Below are positions 26,929 to 41,514 of a stretch of DNA of 64,000 nt, piece by piece (within the stretch, counting starts at the first letter, position 1; every line of letters begins with the position of its first letter). The DNA is from Eledone cirrhosa (Eukaryota), in assembly GCA_964016885.1 (NCBI GenBank), contig OZ024748.1, positions 20,212,001 through 20,276,000 of the forward strand. The letters are read 5' to 3'. Position numbers and translations under genes: made by a program. Under the pieces are notes generated by a model. That model was not told the origin of the DNA. It was given only the letters and a program-made list of their open reading frames with translations, and searched no databases.

Positions 26929-29715
26929 CAGCCTCCCTCACTCCAGTAACTCTCATAACCACTAACACTCAAACTAGTCATCATCATCATCACATGCTCC
27001 CTCACTCCAGTAACTCTCATAACCACTAACACTCGAACTAGTCATCATCATCATCACAGCCTCCCTCACTCCAGCAACTCTCATAACCACTAACACTCGA
27101 ACTAGTCATCATCATCATCATCACATGCTCCCTCACTCCAGCAACTCTCATAACCACTAACACTCGAACTAGTCATCATCATCATCATCATCACATGCTC
27201 CCTCACTCCAGCAACTATCATAACCACTAACACTCGAACTACTGTTATCATCATCATCATCATCACAGCCTCCCTCACTCCAGCAACTCTCATAACCACT
27301 AACACTTGAACTAGTCATCATCATCATCATCACATGCTCCCTCACTCCAGCAACTCTCATAACCACTAACACTCGAACTACTGTTATCATCATCATCATC
27401 ATCACATGCTCCCTCACTCCAGTAACTCTCATAACCACTAACACTCGAACTAGTCATCATCACCATCACATGCTCCCTCACTCCAGCAACTCTCATAACC
27501 ACTAACACTCGAACTACTGTCATCATCATCATCACATGCTCCCTCACTCCAGCAACTCTCATAACCACTAACACTCGAACTAGTCATCATCACCATCACA
27601 TGCTCCCTCACTCCAGCAACTCTCATAACCACTAACACTCGAACTACTGTCATCATCATCATCACATGCTCCCTCACTCCAGTAACTCTCATAACCACTA
27701 ACACTCGAACTAGTCATCATCATCATCACATGCTTCCTCACTCCAGCAACTCTCATAACCACTAACACTCGAACTACTGTCATCATCATCATCACATGCT
27801 CCCTCACTCCAGCAACTCTCATAACCACTAACACTCGAACTAGTCATCATCATCATCACATGCTCCCTCACTCCAGCAACTCTCATAACCACTAACACTC
27901 GAACTAGTCATCATCATCATCACATGCTCCCTCACTCCAGCAACTCTCATAACCACTAACACTCGAACTAGTCATCATCATCATCACATGTTCCCTCACT
28001 CCAGTAACTCTCATAACCACTAACACTCGAACTAGTCATCATCATCATCACATGCTCCCTCACTCCAGCAACTCTCATAACCACTAACACTCGAACTACT
28101 GTTATCATCATCATCATCATCACATGCTCCCTCACTCCAGCAACTCTCATAACCACTAACACTCGAACTAGTCATCATCATCATCACATGCTCCCTCACT
28201 CCAGCAACTCTCATAACCACTAACACTCGAACTAGTCATCATCATCATCACATGCTCCCTCACTCCAGCAACTCTCATAACCACTAACACTCGAACTAGT
28301 CATCATCATCATCACATGTTCCCTCACTCCAGTAACTCTCATAACCACTAACACTCGAACTAGTCATCATCATCATCACATGCTCCCTCACTCCAGCAAC
28401 TCTCATAACCACTAACACTCGAACTAGTCATCATCATCATCATCACATGCTCCCTCACTCCAGCTACTCTCATAGCCACTAACACTCGGACTAGTCATCA
28501 TCATCATCATCACATGCTCCCTCACTCCAGTAACTCTCATAACCACTAACACTCGAACTAGTCATCATCATCATCATCACATGCTCCCTCACTCCAGCAA
28601 CTCTCATAACCACTAACACTCGAACTAGTCATCATCATCATCATCACATGCTCCCTCACTCCAGTAACTCTCATAACCACTAACACTCGAACTAGTCATC
28701 ATCATCACATGCTCCCTCACTCCAGCAACTCTCATAACCACTAACACTCGAACTAGTCATCATCATCATCATCACATGCTCCCTCACTCCAGCAACTCTC
28801 ATAACCACTAACACTCGAACTAGTCATCATCATCATCATCACATGCTCCCTCACTCCAGCAACTCTCATAACCACTAACACTCGAACTAGTCATCATCAT
28901 CATCATCACATGCTCCCTCACTCCAGCAACTCTCATAACCACTAACACTCGAACTAGTCATCATCATCATCATCACATGCTCCCTCACTCCAGCAACTCT
29001 CATAACCACTAACACTCGAACTAGTCATCATCATCATCATCACATGCTCCCTCACTCCAGCAACTCTCATAACCACTAACACTCGAACTAGTCATCATCA
29101 TCATCATCACATGCTCCCTCACTCCAGCAACTCTCATAACCACTAACACTCGAACTAGTCATCATCATCATCATCACATGCTCCCTCACTCCAGCAACTC
29201 TCATAACCACTAACACTCGAACTAGTCATCATCATCATCATCACATGCTCCCTCACTCCAGCAACTCTCATAACCACTAACACTCGAACTAGTCATCATC
29301 ATCATCATCACATGCTCCCTCACTCCAGCTACTCTCATAACCACTAACACTCGGACTAGTCATCATCATCACATGCTCCCTCACTCCAGCTACTCTCATA
29401 ACCACTAACACTCGGACTAGTCATCATCATCATCATCACATGCTCCCTCACTCCAGTAACTCTCATAACCACTAACACTCGAACTAGTCATCATCATCAT
29501 CATCACATGCTCCCTCACTCCAGCAACTCTCATAACCACTAACACTCGAACTAGTCATCATCATCATCATCACATGCTCCCTCACTCCAGCAACTCTCAT
29601 AACCACTAACACTCGAACTAGTCATCATCATCATTATCACATGCTCCCTCACTCCAGCAACTCTCATAACCACTAACACTCGAACTAGTCATCATCATCA
29701 CAGCCTCCCTCACTC
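26560..29715. repeat. 64-67 bp minisatellite with embedded variable (CAT)n, about 47 copies
   Basis: Unit ctagt(cat)n cacatgctccctcactccagcaactctcataaccactaacactcgaa. Confidence 0.95.
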
Positions 29716-29839
29716 AAACTACTAACACATATCCTCTAACACTTATCACAGATGCTCTACCGCCTCATATTTCCATGTTGTCAAAACAACACAAATGTCT
29801 CATACTTTGCTTTGCCAGTTGGTAGACTACACTTTGCTA

Positions 29840-30422
29840 TCAACACACAGTCACATACACACACACACACTGATATACATACACACACTGCCACACAAAC
29901 ACACACAGACTGTCACACACACTCTTACATATACATACACACTGTTATACATACACACACTGCCACATACACACACACTGTTATACATACACACACTGCC
30001 ACACACACACACACTGTCACACACACTCTTACATATACATACACACTGTTATACATACACACACTGCCACACACACTGTCACGTACACACACACTGTCGC
30101 ACATACACACACACTGTCACATACACACTGTCACATACACACTGTCACATATACACACACCCACTGCCACACATACATACACTGTCACACATACACACAC
30201 ACTGTCACACGTACACTCACACTGTCACACATACACTTGCACACTATCTTTCTCTCACACACACACACACTGTCTCTCTCTCACACATACACTGTCTCTC
30301 TCACACACACACACAGCCTCTCTCTCTCTCACACACACAGTCTCTCTCTCTCTCACACATACACACACACACAGTCTCTCTCTCTCACACACACAGTCTC
30401 TCTCTCTCTCTCACATACACAC

Positions 30423-30465
<43 letters not shown>

Positions 30466-30736
30466 TTCCCTCTCTCTTTCTCTCTCTCTCTCCCACACAC
30501 ACACACACACACTCTCTCTCTCTCTTTCCCACCTACACACAAACTATCTCTTCCACAAACACACACAGTCTCTCTCTCACACACACACACACACAGCCTC
30601 TCTCTCTCTCACACACACACACACAGTCCCTCTCTCTTTCTCTATCTCCCACATACACACACACACACACACACACTCTCTCTCTCTCTTTCCCACCTAC
30701 ACGCACAAACTATCTCTTCCACAAACACACACACAG

Positions 30737-30771
<35 letters not shown>

Positions 30772-30880
30772 GTCCCTCTCTCTTTCTCTCTCTCTCCCAC
30801 ATACACACACACACATACACACACACACTCTCTCTTTCCCATCTACACACGCAAACTATCTTTCTCACACACATATACAC
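29840..30880. repeat. (CA)n/(CT)n compound low-complexity repeat
   Basis: Direct inspection. Confidence 0.85.
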
Positions 30881-31189
30881 AATATCATTCGGTCCCTAGG
30901 TCACACAATTTATTTACCATTTCCATCTTGTTTATAACTTCACACCATATTCATTTCATGTGTCAACATGTATTTACATGCATGTGTGTGTCATCTGTGT
31001 TACCATGTGTGTGTCATGTGTGTATTGTGTGTGTATTGCGTGTGTATATTATGCATGTATATGCATATGGAAGCTACATTGCATACACCTAAACAAAAAT
31101 GCTTTTACCAAAACAGCTAATTCAGTGGAATGTAAATTGCTTATTTCCATTTAAGGAAGAGAATGCCTTATTTTGCTTACAAAGCACCT

Positions 31190-32282
31190 ATTATCACCAT
31201 CATCATCATCATCATTAACACTATTATCAACACTACTATCAACACTATGACCATCACCATCACCGTCACCATCATCATCATCACCACTATTATCAACACT
31301 ACTATGACCATCACCACCATCATCATCATCATCATTAACACTACTATCAACACTATGACCATCACCATCACCATCATCATCATCACCACTGTTATCAACA
31401 CTACTATGACCATCACCATCACCATCATCACCACTATTATCAACACTACTATGACCATCACCATCACCATCATCGTTATCAACACTACAATCAACACTAT
31501 GACCATCACCATCACCATCATCATCATTACCACTATTATCAACACTACTATGACCATCACCATCATCATCATCATCATCATCGTCATTAACACTATTATC
31601 AACACTACTATGACCATCACCATCATCATCATCATCATCATCATCGTCATTAACACTATTATCAACACTACTATGACCATCATCATCATCATCATCATCG
31701 TCAATAACACTATTATCAACACTACTATGACCATCACCATCATCATCATCATCGTCATTAACACTATTATCAACACTACTATGACCATCATCATCATCAT
31801 CATCATCATCGTCAATAACACTATTATCAACACTACTATGACCATCACCATCATCATCATTAGCACTATATTCATCACCAATATCATCATCATCATTAGC
31901 ACTATATTCATCACCATTATAACCATCACCAACACTATTATGACCATCACCATTATCACCATCATCCTCATAAACACCTGTTATAAACATCATCATCATC
32001 ATCATCATCATCGCTATCATTACCACTGTCATCATGTCATCATCATTACTACATACTCATTACCACCATCATCATCATCACTACCATCATTATCACCATC
32101 ATTATCATCACCACCATCATTATGATCATTACCATTGTCACCATCATCACCACAACCACCATCATCATCATCATCGTCAATATGATAATAACCATTGTCA
32201 CCAACATTATTATCATCACCATCATTATGACCATCACCATCATCGCCACCATCATCATAATAATGATGATAATAATAATAAT
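31190..32282. repeat. (CAT/CAC)n compound trinucleotide satellite
   Basis: Recurrent aacactattatcaacactactatgac plus (cat)n. Confidence 0.9.
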
Positions 32283-32453
32283 GAAAATTATTGTGCACAG
32301 TGCTCAGGTGCACTACAACTCATCAAAGGTGTATGTAGAGTACATAGAATAATGTACAAATGTCAGGAATAATGTACAAATGTAGAATAATGTACAAATG
32401 TCAGGAAAATGAAGTGTATGAGTCAAGATACACACACACATGGAGGGAGAATA

Positions 32454-35400
32454 TCAGGTGTAGTGTTGGCGAATTTCAGGAAGCATGGAAGTTTTGAAGG
32501 ATGCAGTGTCCTGACAGCTAACAACTGATGCAGATAGTTTGTTCCATGGAAGTTTTGAAGGATGCAGTGTCCCGACAGCTTACAACTGATGCAGGTAGTT
32601 TGTTCCATGGAAGCTTTGAAAAATCCAGTGTCCTGACAGCTAACAACTGATGCAGGTAGTTTGTTCCATGGAAGTTTTGAAGGATGCAGTGTCCCGACAG
32701 CTAACAACTGATGCAGGTAGTTTGTTCCATGGAAGTTTTGAAGGATGCAGTGGTGTCCCGACAGCTAACAACTGATGCAGGTAGTTTGTTCCATGGAAGT
32801 TTTGAAAAATCCAGTGTCCTGACAGCTAACAAGTGATGCAGGTAGTTTGTTCCATGGAAGTTTTGAAGGATGCAGTGTCCCGACAGCTAACAACTGATGC
32901 AGGTAGTTTGTTCCATGGAAGTTTTGAAGGATGCAGTGGTGTCCCGACAGCTAACAACTGATGCAGGTAGTTTGTTCCATGGAAGTTTTGAAGGATCCAG
33001 TGTCCCGACAGCTAACAACTGATGCAGGTAGTTTGTTCCATGGAAGTTTTGAAGGATCCAGTGTCCCGACAGCTAACAACTGATGCAGGTAGTTTGTTCC
33101 ATGGAAGTTTTGAAGGGTGCAGTGTCCCGACAGCTAACAACTGATGCAGGTAGTTTGTTCCATGGAAGTTTTGAAGGATCCAGTGTCCCGACAGCTAACA
33201 ACTGATGCAGGTAGTTTGTTCCATGGAAGTTTTGAAGGATCCAGTGTCCCGACAGCTAACAACTGATGCAGGTAGTTTGTTCCATGGAAGTTTTGAAGGG
33301 TGCAGTGTCCCGACAGCTAACAACTGATGCAGGTAGTTTGTTCCATGGAAGTTTTGAAGGATGCAGTGTCCTGACAGCTAACAACTGATGCAGGTAGTTT
33401 GTTCCATGGAAGTTTTGAAGGATACAGTGTCCTGACAGCTAACAACTGATGCAGGTAGTTTGTTCTATGGAAGTTTTGAAGGATACAGTGTCCCGACAGC
33501 TAACAACTGATGCAGGTAGTTTGTTCCATGGAAGTTTTGAAGGATGCAGTGTCCCAACAGCTAACAACTGATGCAGGTAGTTTGTTCCATGGAAGTTTTG
33601 AAGGATGCAGTGTCCCGACAGCTAACAACTGATGCAGGTAGTTTGTTCCATGGAAGTTTTGAAGGATCCAGTGTCCCGACAGCTAACAACTGATGCAGGT
33701 AGTTTGTTCCATGGAAGTTTTGAAAAATCCAGTGTCCTGACAGCTAACAACTGATGCAGGTAGTTTGTTCCATGGAAGTTTTGAAGGATGCAGTGTCCCG
33801 ACAGCTAACAACTGATGCAGGTAGTTTGTTCCATGGAAGTTTTGAAGGATGCAGTGGTGTCCCGACAGCTAACAACTGATGGAGGTAGTTTGTTCCATGG
33901 AAGTTTTGAAGGATCCAGTGTCCCGACAGCTAACAACTGATGCAGGTAGTTTGTTCCATGGAAGTTTTGAAGGATCCAGTGTCCCGACAGCTAACAACTG
34001 ATGCAGGTAGTTTGTTCCATGGAAGTTTTGAAGGATGCAGTGTCCCGACAGCTAACAACTGATGCAGGTAGTTTGTTCCATGGAAGTTTTGAAGGATGCA
34101 GTGTCCTGACAGCTAACAACTGATGCAGGTAGTTTGTTCCATGGAAGTTTTGAAGGATACAGTGTCCTGACAGCTAACAACTGATGCAGGTAGTTTGTTC
34201 TATGGAAGTTTTGAAGGATACAGTGTCCCGACAGCTAACAACTGATGCAGGTAGTTTGTTCCATGGAAGTTTTGAAGGATGCAGTGTCCCGACAGCTAAC
34301 AACTGATGCAGGTAGTTTGTTCCATGGAAGTTTTGAAGGATGCAGTGTCCCGACAGCTAACAACTGATGCAGGTAGTTTGTTCCATGGAAGTTTTGAAGG
34401 ATCCAGTGTCCCGACAGCTAACAACTGATGCAGGTAGTTTGTTCCATGGAAGTTTTAAAGGATGCAGTGTCTCGACAGCTAACAACTGATGCAGGTAGTT
34501 TGTTCCATGGAAGTTTTGAAGGATCCAGTGTCCCGACAGCTAACAACTGATGCAGGTAGTTTGTTCCATGGAAGTTTTGAAGGATGCAGTGTCCCGACAG
34601 CTAACAACTGATGCAGGTAGTTTGTTCCATGGATGTTTTGAAGGATCCAGTGCCCCGACAGCTAACAACTGATGCAGGTAGTTTGTTCCATGGAAGTTTT
34701 GAAGGATCCAGTGTCCCGACAGCTAACAACTGATGCAGGTAGTTTGTTCCAGGGAAGTTTTGAAGGATGCAGTGTCCCGACAGCTAACAACTGATTCAGG
34801 TAGTTTGTTCCATGGAAGTTTTGAAGGATCCAGTGTCCCGACAGCTAACAACTGATGCAGGTAGTTTGTTCCATGGAAGTTTTGAAGGATCCAGTGTCCC
34901 GACAGCTCACAACTGATGCAGGTAGCTTGTTCCATGGAAGTTTTGAAGGATCCAGTGTCCCGACAGCTCACAACTGATGCAGGTAGCTTGTTCCATGGAA
35001 GTTTTGAAGGATCCAGTGTCCCGACAGCTAACAACTGATGCAGGTAGTTTGTTCCATGGAAGTTTTGAAGGATCCAGTGTCCCGACAGCTAACAACTGAT
35101 GCAGGTAGTTTGTTCCATGGAAGTTTTGAAGGATCCAGTGTCCCGACAGCTAACAACTGAATCAGGTAGTTTGTTCCATGGAAGTTTTGAAGGATCCAGT
35201 GTCCCGACAGCTAACAACTGATGCAGGTAGTTTGTTCCATGGAAGTTTTGAAGGATCCAGTGTCCCGACAGCTAACAACTGATGCAGGTAGTTTGTTCCA
35301 TGGGAGTTTTGAAGGATCCAGTGTCCCGACAGCTAACAACTGAATCAGGTAGTTTGTTCCATGGAAGTTTTGAAGGATCCAGTGTCCCGACAGCTAACAA

Positions 35401-36440
35401 CTGATGCAGGTAGTTTGTTCCATGGAAGTTTTGAAGGATCCAGTGTCCCGACAGCTAACAACTGATGCAGGTAGTTTGTTCCATGGAAGTTTTGAAGGAT
35501 CCAGTGTCCCGACAGCTAACAACTGATGCAGGTAGTTTGTTCCATGGAAGTTTTGAAGGATCCAGTGTCCCGATAGCTAACAACTGAATCAGGTAGTTTG
35601 TTCCATGGAAGTTTTGAAGGATCCAGTGTCCCGACAGCTAACAACTGATGCAGGTAGTTTGTTCCATGGAAGTTTTGAAGGATCCAGTGTCCCGACAGCT
35701 AACAACTGATGCAGGTAGTTTGTTCCATGGGAGTTTTGAAGGATCCAGTGTCCCGACAGCTAACAACTGAATCAGGTAGTTTGTTCCATGGAAGTTTTGA
35801 AGGATCCAGTGTCCCGACAGCTAACAACTGATGCAGGTAGTTTGTTCCATGGAAGTTTTGAAGGATCCAGTGTCCCGACAGCTAACAACTGATGCAGGTA
35901 GTTTGTTCCATGGAAGTTTTGAAGGATCCAGTGTCCCGACAGCTAACAACTGATGCAGGTAGTTTGTTCCATGGAAGTTTTGAAGGATCCAGTGTCCCGA
36001 CAGCTAACAACTGAATCAGGTAGTTTGTTCCATGGAAGTTTTGAAGGATCCAGTGTCCCGACAGCTAACAACTGATGCAGGTAGTTTGTTCCATGGAAGT
36101 TTTGAAGGATCCAGTGTCCCGACAGCTAACAACTGATGCAGGTAGTTTGTTCCATGGGAGTTTTGAAGGATCCAGTGTCCCGACAGCTAACAACTGAATC
36201 AGGTAGTTTGTTCCATGGAAGTTTTGAAGGATCCAGTGTCCCGACAGCTAACAACTGATGCAGGTAGTTTGTTCCATGGAAGTTTTGAAGGATCCAGTGT
36301 ACCGACAGCTAACAACTGATACAGGTAGTTTGTTCCATGCTTCAGCAACTCTGAGCATGAAAAAGTGTTTCTGAAAGTCAAGGGAGCTGTACTGTTTTCT
36401 GACTTTGTAAGCATGTCAACAGGTGTTAGATACATGGTAT
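32454..36440 (-). pseudogene. CR1-type LINE ORF2 C-terminus interrupted by internal tandem amplification
   Basis: Minus strand from about 36423: TC*HAYKVRKQYSSLDFQKHFFMLRVAEAWNKLPVSVVSCRYTGSFKTSM; after the array SFKTSMLPEIRQHYT* (stop 32454-32456). Matches the CR1 TRGH..K....FF..RV...WN.LP..VV....FK motif. Confidence 0.85.
32484..36335. repeat. 61-bp satellite, 63 copies
   Basis: Unit catggaagttttgaaggatccagtgtcccgacagctaacaactgatgcaggtagtttgttc; 63x61 plus three 3-bp insertions = 3852 bp. Confidence 0.97.
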
Positions 36441-36743
36441 TCAAAAATGGGCCCAGAGCTGATGGTGGCAATATGGTTAATAATTTAGTGGGTGTCTACC
36501 AAGTCAGTGGCCAGACGTCACTGCCACCATTATCACCATCATCTGTTGGTATTGACAATAATCATTCAGTTGTTTAATTAAATGAATCTCTAAGTGGCTG
36601 CACATTCCACAATCACATATACCTTTAATTGAATTCCCAGGTGAAATCAACATAGTAAAATATGTGACAAGGCCAGATCTTTATATCACAGGTACAGTGG
36701 CTGAGTATTCCACGGTCATGTACACCTTTATATTACAGGTACG

Positions 36744-37028
36744 TGGAGGCACGTGGTCTAGTGGTAAGGGTGTTGGATTTGTGATCAGAATGTAGTGGGT
36801 TTGATTCCTGGGCTGGGTTGTGTGTTAAGTTCTTGAGCAAAACACTTCATTTCACGTTGCTCCAGTATACTCAGCTGAAAATGAGTACCAGCAATAGCTG
36901 GGAGTTTAACCCTGTGATGGATTGGTGTCCTATCCAGGGAAGAGTCTTGTACACTCTGACACTTGATGCCATGAAACCAGAATAAGCACCGGCCTAACGA
37001 GCCTTCTGGCATAAGACAGACTTGAGAT
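36744..37028 (+). mobile_element. tRNA-derived SINE with V-domain-like body, inserted into a tandem repeat spanning 36590-37240
   Basis: A box tggtctagtgg; cctgtgatggattggtgtcctatccaggg; flanking direct repeat ctttatattaca at 36726 and 37029. Confidence 0.75.
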
Positions 37029-37779
37029 CTTTATATTACATATGCAGTTCATCTTGTATTAGTGAAAGTGGCTGAGTATTCCACAGACACGAGTACACTT
37101 TATGTAATTTCCAGGTTAAATCAGCATGACACAATGTGACAAGGCTGGACTTTGAAATTACAGGTGCAATCCATTCTGTATTTTAGTGAAAGCGGCTGAG
37201 TATTTTACCATCATGTGTAAGCTTTATGTAATTCCCAAGTTGAATCAATGATGATGATGATGATGATGATGACGACAATGATGATGGTGGGGGTGATAAT
37301 AGTGGTGGTGGTGATGCTGATGTTGAAGATAATAGTGGTGGTGGTGGTGATAGTAGTGGTTGTGGTGGTAGTGAAGATGATGATAGTGGTGACTGAGGTG
37401 GTGGTGGTGGTGATCATGGTGGCAGTGATAATGGTGGTTGTAGTGGTGGAGATATTGATAATGATGATGGTGATGATGATGGTGATAGTTATGATAATGA
37501 TGATTATAATGATGAACACTTTAAAAGAAACAGAATTAGTAGGTGGTTTAGAATCAAAAGAATTTAGTATCAAAAGAGTCAAAACATCTTTGGAATTTTC
37601 AAAGATATCTCACTAGGATACTAGATAAAACCAGCCAGTTTAAAATAGACATTTCTTGGCCAAATGATGCCCAGTCACAAATAACCATAAGAAAACAGAC
37701 ATTTCCTGGTGGTTCAAACAAAAATTTCTCACTGAAGGTCATTACAAAACAACACTTTACAGTATAGATTGGGTAATTT

Positions 37780-38176
37780 TTATTGTAGTACCAGCACAAC
37801 CACCTTGCAACGTAGACTGAGTCCTTTTTATTGTGGCAACAGTAATACCACCTGACAAGTTGGACTGAGTACTTTTTAACTTAGTACCAGCACTACCACT
37901 TTATAAGCTGGACTGGGTACTTTTTTATTGTAGCATCACCACTACCACTTTACAAGCTGGACTGTGTATGTTTGATTGTAGCACTAGCACTACCACTTTA
38001 CAAGCTGGACTGGGTACTTTTTAACTTAGTACCAGCACAACCACTTTACAAGCTGGACTGGGTACTTTTTAACTTAGTACCAGCTTTACAAGCTGGACTG
38101 GGTACTTTTTTTATTGTAGCACCAACACTACCACTTTACAATGTGGGCTGAGTGCATTTTATCATGGCACCAGCAC

Positions 38177-38177
<1 letters not shown>
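37780..38177 (-). repeat. 48-bp array of the hairpin module (about 8 copies)
   Basis: accagcactaccactttacaagctggactgggtacttttt periodicity. Confidence 0.8.
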
Positions 38178-38234
<57 letters not shown>

Positions 38235-38365
38235 TAAGTGTATGTATGTGTCCAATGGTTTGTTATCCGTGGTGGTGGTGTTTATAGAAAAATAAATAAA
38301 CACCAGCACACACATGTGCAGAATCTGCACCAAATTTCCACCCTAACTATATATTGGGCACACAC

Positions 38366-38425
<60 letters not shown>

Positions 38426-38504
38426 AATATATATGTATATATCATCATCATAGTTAACATCCATTTTGCCTGCGAGCAAGAGTTGGATATATATATATAT
38501 ATAA

Positions 38505-38564
<60 letters not shown>

Positions 38565-38889
38565 ATGTATATATATATATACATATACATATATCCTATC
38601 CTTAAAGTATTTACAAGAGAAACGAAACCCCTACAAAACAAAAACAAAGCATATTTTTATAAGAAGGAATGTTAGTGTTTTGCTCTTCTGTCATCCCTAG
38701 AAGACAAGATAAACAGTTTTATACCAAACAACACCAACACCGCACCACAAAACACCAACACAACACCACAGACTTGTTCAATCAGAAATGTCATGTAGAC
38801 GTTTCTTACAAGAGAATGGATTAACAACACATTCTAAAATGTATCTCTTTGAATAAATAATTGAAATTTACTTGATACACCCAAACAAT

Positions 38890-38959
<70 letters not shown>

Positions 38960-38981
38960 TATATGTAATTGTCTGGGTGTG

Positions 38982-39012
<31 letters not shown>

Positions 39013-39169
39013 GAATGCATATATATATATGTATATATATATATATGTGTGTGTATATATATATTTATATATATATATATATATACACACACACATATAT
39101 ATACATTCATATATGTGTGTGTATGTATATATGCACATATATGTATATGTGTTTGCGTATGTTTATGTG

Positions 39170-39224
<55 letters not shown>

Positions 39225-39808
39225 ATATGTGTATATATATTAGTGTGTATGTGTATGTATGCATGTGTTTTTCCTGCTACTGATCACTAATGTCTAAGAA
39301 AGGAGTGGCAAAACAAAAAATATTAAACAAAAATATATAAAAAGAAGACAAAATAAACTAAAACAAACTAAAAACAAAAGAGAAGATATTTTCCTGTTAG
39401 CCATATTTCTAATTTTCTTTGAGCAAGACCAGAATATTGAATAAAACTGTTTAACCAATAAATTGTTCTTACTTTGCAATTATTCTTTATCTTAATTAAG
39501 TAAAAATGATCATTAGAACAACAGAAATATATATGTTATATATTATCATCATTGTTGTCATTTTGTGTCTGCTAGAATGGGTTTGATAGGTTGTTGCCAC
39601 AGTGCAAGACTAGATGGGTTTGCTAGGTTGTTGTCACAGTTTAAGACCAGATGGGTTTGATAGGTTGTTGTCATAGTGCATGACTAGATGGGCTTGATAG
39701 GTTGTTGTCATAGTTTAAGACCAGATGGGTTTGATAGGTTGTTGTCACAGTTCAAGACCAGATGGGTCAAAGTGACCTCATCTAGTTCATCATTATGTTC
39801 CATATTTG

Positions 39809-40000
39809 GGGCGGTGGATTGGCAGTGTCGGTAGAGAGTTGGACACCATGCTTTGAAGCATAGAGTTACGTCCCTTTATGATCTGAGTTCAAATTCCGCC
39901 AAGGTTAACTTTGCCTTTCATCCTTACGGGGTCGATAAAATAAAGTACCAGTAATACACTGGGTAATTGCTGGCCTTGTGCCAAAAGTAGGAACAATTAT
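39809..40000 (+). mobile_element. tRNA-derived SINE with Nin-like domain
   Basis: gagttcaaattcc B box; gcctttcatccttacggggtcgataaaataaagtaccag; tail gctggccttgtgccaaaagtag. Confidence 0.75.
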
Positions 40001-40019
40001 GTTCCATATTTGGCAATGT

Positions 40020-40615
40020 TTTCTGCAGCTGGATGCCCTTTCAGTCATGCCAATTACTTTACAATCCGTACTAGATGCTTATGTCATAGCACCTGTTCTA
40101 ACACTTTACAGAATAGACTGGGTGCATTTTATTATGGTACCAACACTAATGCTTTACAGGGTGAGCTGAGTGTATTTTATCATGGTACTAACACTAACAC
40201 TTTACAGGGTGGACTGAGTGTATTTTATCATGGTGCTTATACTAACACTTTACAGGTTGGGCTGGGTACATTTTATCATGGTACCAACACTAATGCTTTA
40301 CAGGGTGAGCTGAGTGTATTTTATCATGGTACTAACACTAACACTTTACAGGGTGGACTGAGTGTATTTTATCATGGTGCTTATACTAACACTTTACAGG
40401 TTGGGCTGGGTACATTTTATCATGGTACCAACACTAATGCTTTACAGGGTGAGCTGAGTGTATTTTATCATGGTACTAACACTAACACTTTACAGGGTGG
40501 ACTGAGAGTATTTTATCATGGTGCTTATACTAACACTTTACAGGTTGGGCTGGGTACATTTTATCATGGTACCAACACTAATGCTTTACAGGGTAGACTG
40601 AGTGCATTTTATCAA
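40020..40615 (-). repeat. GGGCATCC module followed by 48-bp array with 144-bp trimeric higher-order repeat
   Basis: cagctggatgccctt at 40026; ORF 40010-40618 repeats a 48-aa block made of three 16-aa variants. Confidence 0.85.
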
Positions 40616-41009
40616 TAAATGGAACAATGTTATCAATAAGAAACATTCATTTTGTGTGTGTGTGGGGGGGGGGGGTGACAATATTTTCATTCTCATTTTA
40701 GTTGTTTTCCACATTAATAGTTATCCTCATCATTCTACATCTGTTGTTCAATGCTAGTATGGGTTGGATGAGTCCTTCTCAGTACAGCATTTCTCCATTT
40801 GTCGTGTTCCTTTGTCATCCCCTCTGTGAACTACTTCAGCAATTTGAGATCAGATCTCGCCATTTCTGCTCAGATATTCCTTGGTCTTCGTCTGCTGTGG
40901 CTTATATATAAACTTTATTATGAATTTCAAGTCGTATTCTTTTACATTTTGAAAGGGAATGTAGTTCTTTCAGAGTACATCTCATGGTGCAGCTAATTAC
41001 ACTTCACAG

Positions 41010-41190
41010 TGCCCCTAATTACATCTGTTGGTGCCACTAGTTACATCTTGTAGTGCACCTAGTTAGATCTTGCAGTGCACCTAATTACATCTTGCAATGC
41101 CCCTAATTACATCTTGCAGTGCACCTGCTTACACTGCTTAGTATCCCTAATTACATCTGTTGGTGTACCTGATTACATCTTGCAGTGCAC
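41010..41190. repeat. 22-bp minisatellite (ctaattacatcttgcagtgcac)
   Basis: Direct inspection. Confidence 0.75.
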
Positions 41191-41514
41191 AGTTAGGGAA
41201 CCACTGCATTAGAATGATGAATCAGATAAAACGACTAGAGGAGAGAACTATAATGATAAATGCGGTATTAAAAATAAGGAAGCTTTATACCATTCTATAC
41301 AACTGAAGCAAGTTCAATATATTTTTTACAAGACTTCTACAATCATCAAACGAACTAACATACCATAACATGTGACATTTTTCTAGTAATATTCAGATGA
41401 TTACTAACTAGCTGATGGCGTTTCTCCTCCACCTATATCATCATAATAGACAACACCAGCTTCATCACAGCTGGCAACATGAGCAGTGTACAATTTTTTT
41501 TTTTAAATTGATAA

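Noticed and set aside
26560-36335. CRISPR-like appearance of regular arrays (also 13305 and 44810)
   Set aside because: No unique spacers, no cas genes, eukaryotic context; these are head-to-tail tandem repeats
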